DNA of 64,000 nt from Verrucomicrobiota bacterium (GTDB taxonomy: Bacteria > Verrucomicrobiota > Verrucomicrobiia > Limisphaerales > SXTU01). Under the pieces are notes generated by a model. It was not told the DNA's origin, searched no databases, and saw only the letters and a list, made by a program, of their open reading frames with translations. The stretch lies in contig JBDKJY010000021.1 in the NCBI GenBank assembly GCA_039796295.1, positions 34,868 to 98,867 of the forward strand, given 5' to 3'. Shown here piece by piece: positions 7,601-16,653 of the stretch (the stretch's first letter is position 1; each line of letters opens with the position of its first letter). A program made the translations under genes and the position numbers.

Positions 7601-9978
7601 GACACTTTGAACTCCTGCACGCCCTGATTCAGAATGCCAAAGCGAATCGTCGCGCTGCCGCCCACGAGGCCGTCGCCGACGGTGACGAGGTTGAACACCT
7701 CGGCGACCGCGCGCGCAGGCAGTCGCTCGGTGGCGAGGGCGAGCTTCCAGTCCGGCGCTTCGGCGGTGAAGGCGAGCGCTTCGTCGCCGGCGCGTTGATT
7801 GAGTTGCGCGATGGGAATCTCCCTTGCATTGGTCAGCTCGGCGGTCTTGAGCCGGATGCCCGCCGCCGAGGCCGCGCCGATGAAGGCGGTCTCCTTCGTC
7901 GCACCCGTGACGCGCACGGCTCCGACGTTGATTTGCGCGGGGAAGGTCTTGTGCGGCTGCTCCAGCGTGAGGTCGAGGCGATGCACACCGAGCACGCGCT
8001 GGGTGAAGTTCACCTTCAGCTTGCCGCCCGTGGCCTTCCAGTCCTCCACGTTCCCGCCGCGCACATCGGTCACGTTGAAGTTCGTCGGGTAAGTCAGCTC
8101 GACGGTGTAGATGCCGGCCTTGAGCACGCTGAGGTTCACCGCGTGGCTCACCACGAGGCGCGATTCCTCCAGCCGCGCCGTGACGCGCGCGGCCGTTTCC
8201 AGCACTGGCTCGATGCGTTTGAGCCGCGCCGCGATGCTGAACGGCCGGGCGTTGAAGCGCCACGCGAAGAGCGTGCCGGTGCTGGCGTTGACCTGCCGCA
8301 CGCCGGTCGTGGACTCGACCTCGACCACGGTGTCGTCCGCCGCGAGGGTGAACGTGCCGGACTCGCGCTCGATGTCGAGGGGCTGCGGGACGAGGAGCGT
8401 GGCGAGGAGCGGCGTGGCCTCGACGGGCTGCTCGGTGGCGAGCGTGAGAGAGTAAGTTTTTTCCACTGGCTTGGCGAAGTCCACGGTGAGGACGGACCAG
8501 TCCGCCGGCACGCGGGCCGCCGCCGTGGCCTTGGCCGTGGACCAATCGCGGATGCCGTCGCCCTGCACGCGCGTGAGCGTGTGGCCCGGCGGCAGGCCGA
8601 CGGTGAGGCGCGAGACACTGGCCTGGAGCAGCTCGTAGTGGAGCACCGTGGTGAACTTGATGACCGTGGGCGAGACCACCGCGCTGGCGGCGGTGTCCAC
8701 CGTGATCAGGGACTTGCGCGCAATCTCCGTGGTCTTGCTCTGCCAGCGCAGCGAGACGACGCGGTCCGCGCCGACGATGCCGGCAATGGAGGAACTGGCC
8801 TTCGCCGTCGCGCCTGAGCCTTCCAGCAACGCGCCGTTGAGGAGTTCAAGTTCCACGCCGGCGTTGCCCTCCACCTTGAGGCTGGCGACGGACGCGGGCG
8901 GGCCGTTGAAGCTGATGTGGTTCCACGGCTCGGCCTTGGTGATACGCGCGATGACTTCGAGCTTGAGCGTGTGGACGCCGGACTTGGCACAGTGCAGGCG
9001 GTAGGTGCCGGAGCGCGGGCTGATCGAGACCGCCTTGCCGAGCGTTCGCTCCGCCGACTCCCGCGTGAGGCGGATGCCCGCCGGCAACTCCGGCGCGAAG
9101 ACGGCCACGTCGCCTTGGAAGAGAACTGCGCTGACCTCGTTCGTCGTGAGTGACTCGACCTCGACTGTCGCCGTGAAGCGCGCCTCGGAGTCTGTGACTT
9201 TTCCTTCGTAGCGCACCTCGCGGACGATGAGGTTTGTGTAGGTCGCGGGCGGCGGCAGCGTGGCGACGCCGATGGTCTTGGGCGGGCTGGAGCCGCGGGA
9301 GATGATTTGCAGGCCGTTGAGCACCGCCACGCCGCCCGGTCCGGGCGCGACCTCGATAATGACGGGTTGTCCGGCCTCCACCGGCACGTCGCGGAACACG
9401 ATGAACTGCCGGCCTTCTTGCCAGCCCAAGGAAGCCTTCCAGCCACCGGCCGAACCAACCGCCAGCGGACCGAGGGTGTTCGTGCCGCTGCGGAGGGTGA
9501 ACACGGAGTTTTGCTCTGGGGTGGCATCGGGATCAGCATGACCGTAGAGGTAGCTATGATAGCGCCCCGCCTCCAGCGCGCGGACGGTCACAAGGATGTT
9601 CGAGCCGTTCGGCGCGAAGACGAACGAGTCAAACATCGGGTCACCCGAGGCGTTGCCCCAGACACCGGGGGCGTTGCTGACAGCGATGGACACGGCGGAG
9701 TCGGACTTGTCGGAGAGCTTGAGCCCGGAGGTCGTGTGGTTCGGCACCGGCGGCTGGCCAGGTGTGAAGCGCGGGTTGTAATGCGCGTGCAGGTTCCAGA
9801 AGTCATTCGTCGCGAGCCCCGTCGCGGCAAAGCCCACCTTCCCGCTCGCCGCTCCGACACCGAAGTCCACGTTGAGGAGGACTTGGGCTTGGGCCGGGGC
9901 GAGGCGGAGCAGGATTAAGCTTAGGATTACGAGCAGGAAGGGGGACGGGAAGCGGCGGGAGGCGGGCGTGGTCTTCAT
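1648..9978 (-). CDS. giant membrane-anchored secreted protein of unrecognised family (2,776 codons); two paralogous halves in one frame
   Basis: Start chosen at ATG 9978 (MKTTPASRRFPSPFLLVILSLILLRLAPAQAQ, signal peptide). Upstream ORF-track residues 1-143 lie in a repeat-filled intergenic region. High GC3 is kept throughout with no in-frame stop. There are internal TM clusters at about 6560-6700 and 5040-5270 and a C-terminal TM at about 1660-1730. Confidence 0.65.
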   Translation of the reverse strand: MKTTPASRRFPSPFLLVILSLILLRLAPAQAQVLLNVDFGVGAASGKVGFAATGLATNDFWNLHAHYNPRFTPGQPPVPNHTTSGLKLSDKSDSAVSIAVSNAPGVWGNASGDPMFDSFVFAPNGSNILVTVRALEAGRYHSYLYGHADPDATPEQNSVFTLRSGTNTLGPLAVGSAGGWKASLGWQEGRQFIVFRDVPVEAGQPVIIEVAPGPGGVAVLNGLQIISRGSSPPKTIGVATLPPPATYTNLIVREVRYEGKVTDSEARFTATVEVESLTTNEVSAVLFQGDVAVFAPELPAGIRLTRESAERTLGKAVSISPRSGTYRLHCAKSGVHTLKLEVIARITKAEPWNHISFNGPPASVASLKVEGNAGVELELLNGALLEGSGATAKASSSIAGIVGADRVVSLRWQSKTTEIARKSLITVDTAASAVVSPTVIKFTTVLHYELLQASVSRLTVGLPPGHTLTRVQGDGIRDWSTAKATAAARVPADWSVLTVDFAKPVEKTYSLTLATEQPVEATPLLATLLVPQPLDIERESGTFTLAADDTVVEVESTTGVRQVNASTGTLFAWRFNARPFSIAARLKRIEPVLETAARVTARLEESRLVVSHAVNLSVLKAGIYTVELTYPTNFNVTDVRGGNVEDWKATGGKLKVNFTQRVLGVHRLDLTLEQPHKTFPAQINVGAVRVTGATKETAFIGAASAAGIRLKTAELTNAREIPIAQLNQRAGDEALAFTAEAPDWKLALATERLPARAVAEVFNLVTVGDGLVGGSATIRFGILNQGVQEFKVSLPAHWKNVEFTGPNIRRKELGSAGVPPVTNIWTISLQDKAWGGYTLVVTYDYQFDPKKAVLDLAGAHCDGVERETGSLAVTAAANLKLQPKPAAEPLRAIDQTELAETDRALITRPVLLAYRYTGGGYALTADAARFDEERVLDAVADRTQITSVVTEAAEMLTQASFMVKNNEKQFQRFKLPAGANFWGCYVNNQPSKAERDGDWLQIPLPRGENRDEAFAVDIVYAQKLAALDQWLPQHVALTAPATDVPNTYAEWQLFVPATKRVSSFGGTMSIARGTTYGLREAWDRFLSWWEDVWGQLLGGLAFLAVVYFIARSVKKNGMKGFGTAAVVLFVCAIMGGMLLPALSKAKAKASRIKSVSNLKQIGLGARVFANDNADRFPDNFEEMMNELGSDKILTDPDSGERYVWVGAGKPEHGDALLAYSPVDNGGRNAVFADGSVRQLSSSDFAQAQQKDAQIVAQSAVRQAQGVGMKKDVQALALQSDGNALVGGGFSTFNGVAARGRIKRLNADGSLDSSYRTADAPGNAPAKPMAKQMADKRRESGEVEQLARVDKLSDRLEAARQEPMAAGRGVEVTAKWSEKAKVATPAEVASRMAAERKAASGPMPMTPPPVASPVPEPLTAAGALSLADGIETRNFSVPAIQNSLQVQRAGGSPGTVTLGFLSANGTAVAGSDAVNSLSRSVLSDSKDQSGAFQLGMLAAGVAGGGGAGSGGFGFARADGEAAQTAVGMRSIRIDIPRSGQAFTFTKVLNLKSEPLGIEMSLMPLGKFRAAQSAGQLALFLGGLLWALIHWRRADRSSFGIALGLALALAGVVWLGLSARTLHWVLIAAVPLAGAALLCWLAWRFWPRGKVNGEEKMVRSEGSVTPVPMAESKPSVADSGSGPVPPAAALLAFALLTTSALAQPTPYSSPLTIHNSPVTLQSATYTGTIREKAAEFTATLVVSSTGTNQTFTLFGEDVAIQSFTAKTGEARLVREGGFARVWLPKSGAVTVELKLFVRLDGDVTKRRLGFGLPPALASQFTALIDEPDADVEFPSAVAFKRTPAGKQTRVEAIIGSTDRVDLAWTPRMKRLAEMEATVFAQTATLVTVGGGVVNSRAVVDYQIAQGELRQAKVRLPAGQRLLRVEGEGIRTWELLTEGGAEVLSVDLLKGATANWRLTIETEKPLPTLPATVKVEVPVVQDVRREAGLVAARGAEETSLAVETAEDLQRVELAEFNRASKLNYTDLVSAFRYLRSTFQLTVKAEAVQPQVEALVLQRLRLGAEQLTLAAEFSYTVKKAGIFQLRAQIPVGWRIETVAYADATLRAKGSALMPINNWTEKTEAGVRVLEVPLRERTQGQVSLLVVLARTVKEAPKTLAVPAVHPLGVHKLNGFVSVSTEAGISVKTESFDGLTEVPAASMPVGIYKGSSEIPTLAFKFLSPDPTPMPAWKLGVATEQLESWVRAEVVNLISVSETLVSGRALVRLDIANAPVKEFRLKIPLTVTNVDITGPNIRRRDQTGEVWRVELQHKLRGQHTFMVTWEQPRAAKTNAPVEVPAVEAVGVERETGSVAILAKPPLQVSEKSASTELVRIDARELPEWAAAYATGAKGEQVVLAWRYLRPGWKLAVTPQRFAEAAVLQALVDSARLTTVVADDGQMMTEVSLSMRNNGRQFLEVELPTGAIVWSAFVNGQPVRPTKQGGKLLLPMEQAGGDAALPIEFTYVAADKFPKRKGHVAFASPKFDVPLKNARWELLLPPDYEYTEFAGTMGRDLSGATVVTVNYSAAEYSKQEAKVRADRDSESKSSLGRLNSLLSSGKLNEANNEWFNFKRNPGQGGGNKGAEVDEMRQLKEVEVQLRRSQASNLVQAQQAYSLDNAKKFGAAFEDATSPSVSPSGDGKVTQQQLSRYDTDAAEQQLEKLQKAQEVTVATVQPLRVNLPLRGQRHAFTQVLQTEVNKPMTVEFTARNQKASGWLKPIALTIAAFLALWVAVAVFAQRRAA
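5004..5031. repeat. 14-bp tandem duplication at the junction of the two paralogous halves
   Basis: CACTCCTCACCATT (5004-5017) is followed directly by TTCTCCTCACCATT (5018-5031), 12/14 identical. See findings. Confidence 0.8.
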
Positions 9979-10230
9979 GGAGTGATTCCGGGTTGCGGGT
10001 GAGCGTAGGCAAGTCTTGGGCGCGAAGTCATCGGGTAAAAACCGGAGCGGCGGGCGGGTGGCGGAGCGCATCGGGCGTGGGACGGGAACGCGTGGCGCTT
10101 GCTCCCGGCCACACCGGCTGGGAGCGAGGGCATGGAAGCGGGCGGTGCGTAGCAGCGGAGCCGTTGAACGGTCACGGCAAGCCGGAAGCGGAAAGCCGTC
10201 CGTCCGTTTGGAGTCGGACCCATTCTTTAG

Positions 10231-10360
10231 CCACGATGGAACACGGATGGAACACGGGTGGGAGCCAGGAGTTGAACGCGCCTCCCAATCGGTGGCGACG
10301 CCGCAGCCGTGCAGCGGCAAGCCTTCGCCTGTTACGCCGTGTTTCATCCGTGACTCAATT
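10231..10360. repeat. palindromic intergenic element (GGATGGAACACGG family)
   Basis: CGGATGGAACACGG (10244-10257) pairs with CCGTGTTTCATCCG (10337-10350), 13/14 complementary. It is related in motif to the long hairpin at 50570-50685. Confidence 0.5.
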
Positions 10361-10520
10361 GCATGATTCCGGCTCACCACCCAGCTTCCGCGATCATTTT
10401 GCGTCACTTTGTGTTCTTTGCGGCCAATTCAATTCCAGCCGCCCTTCTGCGCGTGGGACGCTGCGGGTTAGTCGCACTTGCCCGTTGTCACCGGCAGTGG
10501 CTCCGCTAGTCTCCCGCCCC

Positions 10521-11693
10521 ATGAAGCCACTGAGTTTGATTCTCCTCGGCACCACGCTGGCCCTCTCGGCCCAGGCCGATTTCAAGTCCGACATCGCCGC
10601 CATCCGCCAGGTCGGCGCGGAGGGGAAGGGGAACCCGCCCGCCGCCGCCGCGTGGAAGAACCTCGCGAAGGCCGACGCCAAGTCCCTCGTCCCGCTGCTC
10701 ACCGCGATGGACGACGCGAACGACCTCGCCGCGAATTACCTCCGCTCCGTCGTGGACGCCATCGCCGACCGCGAGCTGGCGGCGGGGCGCACGTTGCCGC
10801 AGGCGGACTTGGAGAAGTTCCTCGCGGAGAAGCAGCACAATCCCCGCGCGCGGCGGCTGGCTTACGAGTTGATTGCGCGCGTGTCGCCGGCCACGGGGGA
10901 GAAGCTGCTGCCCACGTTCGCCAACGACCCGAGCGTCGAGCTGCGGCGCGACGCCGTGCAGCGACTGATTGACGCGGCGGACAAGGCGCTCGCGGCGCAA
11001 GACAAGGCCGCTGCCACGAAGGAGTTTTCCAACGCGCTGACCTACGCGCGCGACGAGGCGCAAATCAAGAAAGTCGCGGGCGAACTGCGGAAGCTCGGGC
11101 AGGAGGTGGACTTGCCGAAACACTTCGGTTTCCTCACGCACTGGAAGCTCCTCGGCGCGTTCGACAACACGAAGCTCGTGGGCTTCGACACCGCGTATCC
11201 GCCGGAGAAGACGGTGGACCTCGCGGCGACTTACGACGGCAAACTCGACAAGGCGCGCTGGGTGGACGTAGCGACGGCGCACGACTACGGGATGGTGGAT
11301 TTCAACAAGTCGTTCGGCGACCTCAAGGGCGTGACGGGCTACGCGTTCACGGAGTTCAACGCGGCGACGGCGGGGCTGGCGGAGCTCCGGTTGGGCTGCA
11401 AGAACGGCTGGAAGGTCTGGTTCAACGGCGCGTTGCTCTTCGGGCGCGACGAGTATCACCGTGGCTCGCGCATTGACCAATATCGGCTGCCGGTCACGCT
11501 GAAGGCGGGCAAGAACACCATTCTCGTGAAGGCCTGCCAGAACGAGGAGGTGAAGGACTGGACGAAGGAATGGGAGTTTCAGCTCCGCGTCTGCGACGCG
11601 AGCGGGACGGCGATTCTGGCGAAGGATAGGCCGGCGACGCCGAAGGCCCAGGCGGGCGCGGCGAAGGTGGATGACAAGAAAGGAACGAAGTAA
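10521..11693 (+). CDS. secreted protein, N-terminal helical (HEAT-like) repeats plus C-terminal beta-sandwich-like domain; function unknown
   Basis: ATG at 10521 gives MKPLSLILLGTTLALSAQA (signal peptide). The helical region is rich in A/L/D/R. The C-terminus reads GWKVWFNGALLFGRDEYHRG...LKAGKNTILVKACQNEE. The ORF-track start at 9993 is an over-extension. Confidence 0.65.
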   Translation: MKPLSLILLGTTLALSAQADFKSDIAAIRQVGAEGKGNPPAAAAWKNLAKADAKSLVPLLTAMDDANDLAANYLRSVVDAIADRELAAGRTLPQADLEKFLAEKQHNPRARRLAYELIARVSPATGEKLLPTFANDPSVELRRDAVQRLIDAADKALAAQDKAAATKEFSNALTYARDEAQIKKVAGELRKLGQEVDLPKHFGFLTHWKLLGAFDNTKLVGFDTAYPPEKTVDLAATYDGKLDKARWVDVATAHDYGMVDFNKSFGDLKGVTGYAFTEFNAATAGLAELRLGCKNGWKVWFNGALLFGRDEYHRGSRIDQYRLPVTLKAGKNTILVKACQNEEVKDWTKEWEFQLRVCDASGTAILAKDRPATPKAQAGAAKVDDKKGTK

Positions 11694-11740
11694 TGAACAA
11701 CGTGAAACTGGTAACGGGCGGCGCGGAGTCGCGGCAGCGT

Positions 11741-11811
11741 CTTGGAGTGCGGCAGTCCGCTGCCGCTTTCGAGCGCGTCGGAAAAGCGCCAGAGGGCTGG
11801 CGCACTCCAAA
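11741..11811. repeat. palindromic element, TTGGAGTGCG...CGCACTCCAA family (copy 1)
   Basis: Perfect 10-bp terminal inverted repeat 11742-11751 / 11801-11810. A second copy lies at 55531-55642. Confidence 0.7.
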
Positions 11812-11839
11812 ACCTGGCGGAAGCCTTGCGCGCGTCGCG

Positions 11840-13030
11840 ATGTTGAGCTGGCTGACGGTCGCCAGCTTCACCGTCACCGCCGCCGACTGGCTTCAGTTTC
11901 GTGGTCCGGGCGGCACCGGCATTGCCACCGAGGCCCAGCTCCCAACGCACCTCGATGCGAAGAGTGTCGCCTGGAAAATCGCCTTGCCCGGACGCGGCCT
12001 CTCCAGCCCGGTCATCGTCGGCGACAAGGTGTTCGTCACCGCGTCGAGCGGCACGGAGCAGGACCGGCTGCACGTCCTTTGTTTCAGCGCGAAGAGCGGC
12101 GCGAAGCTGTGGGAGCGGCAGTTCTGGGCCACGGGTCGCACGATGACGTTTCCGAAAACCTGCGTCGCCGCCAACTCGCCGTGCAGCGACGGCCAGCGGC
12201 TCTTCTGCCTCTTCTCTTCGAACGACCTACTCTGCCTCGACCTCGACGGCAACGTGCTCTGGCTGCGCGGGCTGACGCGCGATTATCCGAACGCGAGCAA
12301 CAGCCTCGGCATGGCGGCGTCGCCCATCGTGGTGGGCGACACGCTCGTGGTGCCGGTGGAGAACGACAGCGAATCGTTCACGGCGGGCATCGACGTGGCG
12401 ACCGGCGCGAACCGCTGGAAGAACAACCGCCCCAAGGTCGCGTGCTGGGCGACGCCCGTGGTCGTGCCTGACGCGAAGTCCGGCCAGCCGCTCGTCGTGT
12501 TGCAGTCCGGCCCCGGCCTGAGCGTGGTGGACGCGCGCACCGGAGTGGAGGCGTGGTATTTCACCGACGGCGCTTCGACGATGTCGTCGAGCGTGCTGGT
12601 GGGCGGCGTCCTGTATGTGCCCTCGAAAGGCATGACGGCGATGAAGCCCGGCGCGGCGGGCGCGCATCCGGAAGTGCTTTGGCAGAACGCGCAACTCTCT
12701 CCCTCCACCGCCAGTCCGGTGGTGCTAGGGGACAAGGTGTTCACGTTGAACGCCGCCGGCATTCTCAGCGCGGCGGGCCTTGCGGACGGCAAACGTCTCT
12801 GGCAGCTCCGCACCACGGGCCCTTACAGCGCCACGCCGGTGGGCGTCGGCAAGTTCCTCTACCTCGCGAACGAGAAGGGCCTCGTGCAAGTCGTGGACAC
12901 CGCCGCTCCCGAAGGCGCGGTGGTCAGCTCGCTCGACTTGAAGGACACCTTCATTGGCACGCCCAGCATCGGCGCGGGCGCGCTCTTTATTCGCAGTGAC
13001 AAGGCGCTGGTGAAGGTGGGTGGCTCGTGA
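11840..13030 (+). CDS. PQQ-like beta-propeller repeat protein (BamB-like fold), secreted
   Basis: MLSWLTVASFTVTAADWLQFRGPGGTG, then repeated motifs such as SSPVIVGDKVFV, AKSGAKLWE, VATGANRWK, ARTGVEAWY and LADGKRLWQ. The alternative start at 11693 (TAATG overlap with the upstream gene) would translate the repeat element. Confidence 0.75.
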   Translation: MLSWLTVASFTVTAADWLQFRGPGGTGIATEAQLPTHLDAKSVAWKIALPGRGLSSPVIVGDKVFVTASSGTEQDRLHVLCFSAKSGAKLWERQFWATGRTMTFPKTCVAANSPCSDGQRLFCLFSSNDLLCLDLDGNVLWLRGLTRDYPNASNSLGMAASPIVVGDTLVVPVENDSESFTAGIDVATGANRWKNNRPKVACWATPVVVPDAKSGQPLVVLQSGPGLSVVDARTGVEAWYFTDGASTMSSSVLVGGVLYVPSKGMTAMKPGAAGAHPEVLWQNAQLSPSTASPVVLGDKVFTLNAAGILSAAGLADGKRLWQLRTTGPYSATPVGVGKFLYLANEKGLVQVVDTAAPEGAVVSSLDLKDTFIGTPSIGAGALFIRSDKALVKVGGS

Positions 13031-13040
13031 GATTGGGCAC

Positions 13041-14519
<1,479 letters not shown>

Positions 14520-14650
14520 CCGAGCGCCTGAGTCCGAGCGGTTACTGCCTCCGCACGATGCACTGTTCGGCGGCTACGGTTTTCCCCCGGAGAATGAGTA
14601 GCCCCAATTTCCAAAGACAATTGGTGCTTTGCCGTTCGTTGGTCCCTTCC

Positions 14651-14777
14651 CCCTCACCCCAACCCTCCCTCCGAGAGAGCGGCGCTTCGCCGCCGGCTCG
14701 TGAATCAACACGGTCTGATAGTTCGAGATGTGGCCTGCGTGGCTCCCTCTCTCAGCGGGAAAGGGTTGGGGTGAGGG
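14651..14777. repeat. palindromic intergenic element (CCCTCACCCCAACCCT arms)
   Basis: A perfect 16-bp inverted repeat: 14651-14666 CCCTCACCCCAACCCT pairs with 14762-14777 AGGGTTGGGGTGAGGG. Confidence 0.7.
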
Positions 14778-14903
14778 AGAACAGCCACGCACGCTCAACC
14801 AAGTTGTAAGAAACTGCGATGCGCGCTCCGGGCAGCGGCTGGGGAAGCCTGCTGTTGTTATCCTGCCCGCGCCGCTGCTAGCTTCGGCCATCGCTATCCG
14901 CGC

Positions 14904-16343
14904 ATGAACTTTTTCAACGCCATCGCCGTTGGGCTGAAGGAGATTTGGGCGAACAAGTTTCGCTCCCTCCTCACCATGCTGGGCATCATCCTGGGCGTCT
15001 CCAGCCTCGTGGCCATGTCCGCGCTCGTGAAGGGCATGGAGAACGGCATGAAGGAAGCGCTCATCGCCATCGGCGGACTCGAGAAGGTGCGCGTCGAGGA
15101 GCAGGACATTCCCGTCTGGCAACAGCACATGGCGGATCAGGCCGTCGGCACCACCATGGCCGATGTCCACGCGCTCCTGCACAGCGCGCCCCTCATCACG
15201 ATGGTCGTGCCCGAGATGCGCACGCGGAACATCACCATGACCCGCATGGGCAAGAGCATCAGCCCGTGGAACTTCATCGGCACCTGGCCCAACGCCGTGG
15301 AGCTGAACCAGCACATCGTCGCGCACGGGCGGATGTTCAATGAGATCGACGACGAGAACGCGCGCAACGTGTGCGTCATCGGCACCGCGGTGCGCAATGC
15401 CCTCTTCGGTTCGCCGGAGCAGATTGGCCGCGAGATCATCCCCATCGGCGAGTTCATCAACATCAACAACCAGCGCTTCAAAGTCATCGGCATGTTCGAG
15501 CACTACGAGGCCGAGCAAGACCGGAAGGCGCGCGAGCTCCAGAAGGACAAGCCGGCGGAAACCAAGGGCGGGCCGGAGCGCAGCAAGGGCTACGGCAGCG
15601 GCAAGGGCAGCAGCCGCAGCGGGGGCTTCGTTTTCGACCTGAAGAACAACACCGTTTACATCCCGCTGAACACGATGTGGCTGCGGTTCCGCGCGGCCAC
15701 GGGCACCTCGGGCAGCGGCTCCGGCAGCTACGGGCGGAGCAGCAGCTCCAGCGTGACTTCGGGCAGCACGGCGGAGTTCGTTCCCGATCCGCGCCTGTCC
15801 ACGCTCTCCATCAAGATCGCGGACATCGACAAGATGGATGAGGCGCTCCAGCAGGCGAAGAACGTGATGTTGCACACCCACAAGGGCATCGAGGACTTCT
15901 CCTTCCGCACGCAGGAGAACTGGTCCGAAACCATCACCAGCTCCATCAGCAACGCGCGCATGAGCGGCGGCATCATCTCGGCCATCAGCCTGCTGGTCGG
16001 CGGCATCGGCATCATGAACATCATGCTGGCCAGCATCACCGAGCGGGTGCGCGAGATCGGCATCCGCAAGGCTATTGGCGCGACGTTCTTCGACGTGTTC
16101 ACGCAAATCCTCGTCGAGAGCGTGGTCATCGCGATCATCGGCGGGGTGGCGGGCTTGTTCGCCTCGGACCTGCTGGTGAAGCTCCTCGTGGCGATGTCGC
16201 CCACGGAGAACACGCCGATGATCACGGCGGAGAGCATGGTGATGGCGTTCGCGTTCAGCGTGGCGGTGGGCGTCATCGCGGGGCTGTTCCCCGCGTTCAA
16301 GGCGGCGAAGCTCAACCCGATTCAGGCGCTGCGCTACGAGTAG
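14904..16343 (+). CDS. ABC transporter permease, MacB/FtsX family
   Basis: N-terminal FRSLLTMLGIILGVSSLVAM, then a MacB periplasmic domain, then a C-terminal FtsX 4-TM core (GGIGIMNIMLASITERVREIGIRKAIGA). Low-complexity G/S-rich insertions lie at about 15505-15780. Confidence 0.85.
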   Translation: MNFFNAIAVGLKEIWANKFRSLLTMLGIILGVSSLVAMSALVKGMENGMKEALIAIGGLEKVRVEEQDIPVWQQHMADQAVGTTMADVHALLHSAPLITMVVPEMRTRNITMTRMGKSISPWNFIGTWPNAVELNQHIVAHGRMFNEIDDENARNVCVIGTAVRNALFGSPEQIGREIIPIGEFININNQRFKVIGMFEHYEAEQDRKARELQKDKPAETKGGPERSKGYGSGKGSSRSGGFVFDLKNNTVYIPLNTMWLRFRAATGTSGSGSGSYGRSSSSSVTSGSTAEFVPDPRLSTLSIKIADIDKMDEALQQAKNVMLHTHKGIEDFSFRTQENWSETITSSISNARMSGGIISAISLLVGGIGIMNIMLASITERVREIGIRKAIGATFFDVFTQILVESVVIAIIGGVAGLFASDLLVKLLVAMSPTENTPMITAESMVMAFAFSVAVGVIAGLFPAFKAAKLNPIQALRYE

Positions 16344-16360
16344 GGCAGGACGGCACCACG

Positions 16361-16463
16361 GAGTTGAACCACTAACCGGCACTGACTGGCACTAATGAAG
16401 ACAGCCAGGCAACGCACATCTCCCCCTTCGGATGAGTGCTGGTTAGTGGGTTAACCCGAACTC
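16361..16463. repeat. palindromic intergenic element (CCACTAACC arms)
   Basis: GTTGAACCACTAACC (16364-16378) versus GGTTAGTGGGTTAAC (16441-16455); an imperfect inverted repeat. Confidence 0.45.
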
Positions 16464-16474
16464 CGAAGTTTAGC

Positions 16475-16591
16475 CGCGAAAGGGCCCAAAGAACACAAAG
16501 AAGCCGAGGTGAAAACGACAGGGGGCGGGACTATTGCTCCCCGTGGCACTTACCAGAAGCTTGGCTTTGCGCTCTTTGCTCCCTTTCGTGG
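16475..16591. repeat. palindromic intergenic element (GAAAGGG..CAAAGAACACAAAG arms)
   Basis: CGCGAAAGGGCCCAAAGAACACAAAGAAGCC (16475-16505) versus GGCTTTGCGCTCTTTGCTCCCTTTCGTGG (16563-16591); an imperfect inverted repeat. Confidence 0.5.
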
Positions 16592-16653
16592 TCATCCCAT
16601 TTGGGAATTCGGGTTTAATGAGCACGGTCGGCGCGCCAGCTTGTGGCTCCGGT

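Noticed and set aside
9979-10407. 143-codon 5' extension of the giant ORF given in the track
   Set aside because: The region is filled with palindromic repeat sequence and lacks coding character. A strong signal peptide follows the ATG at 9978.
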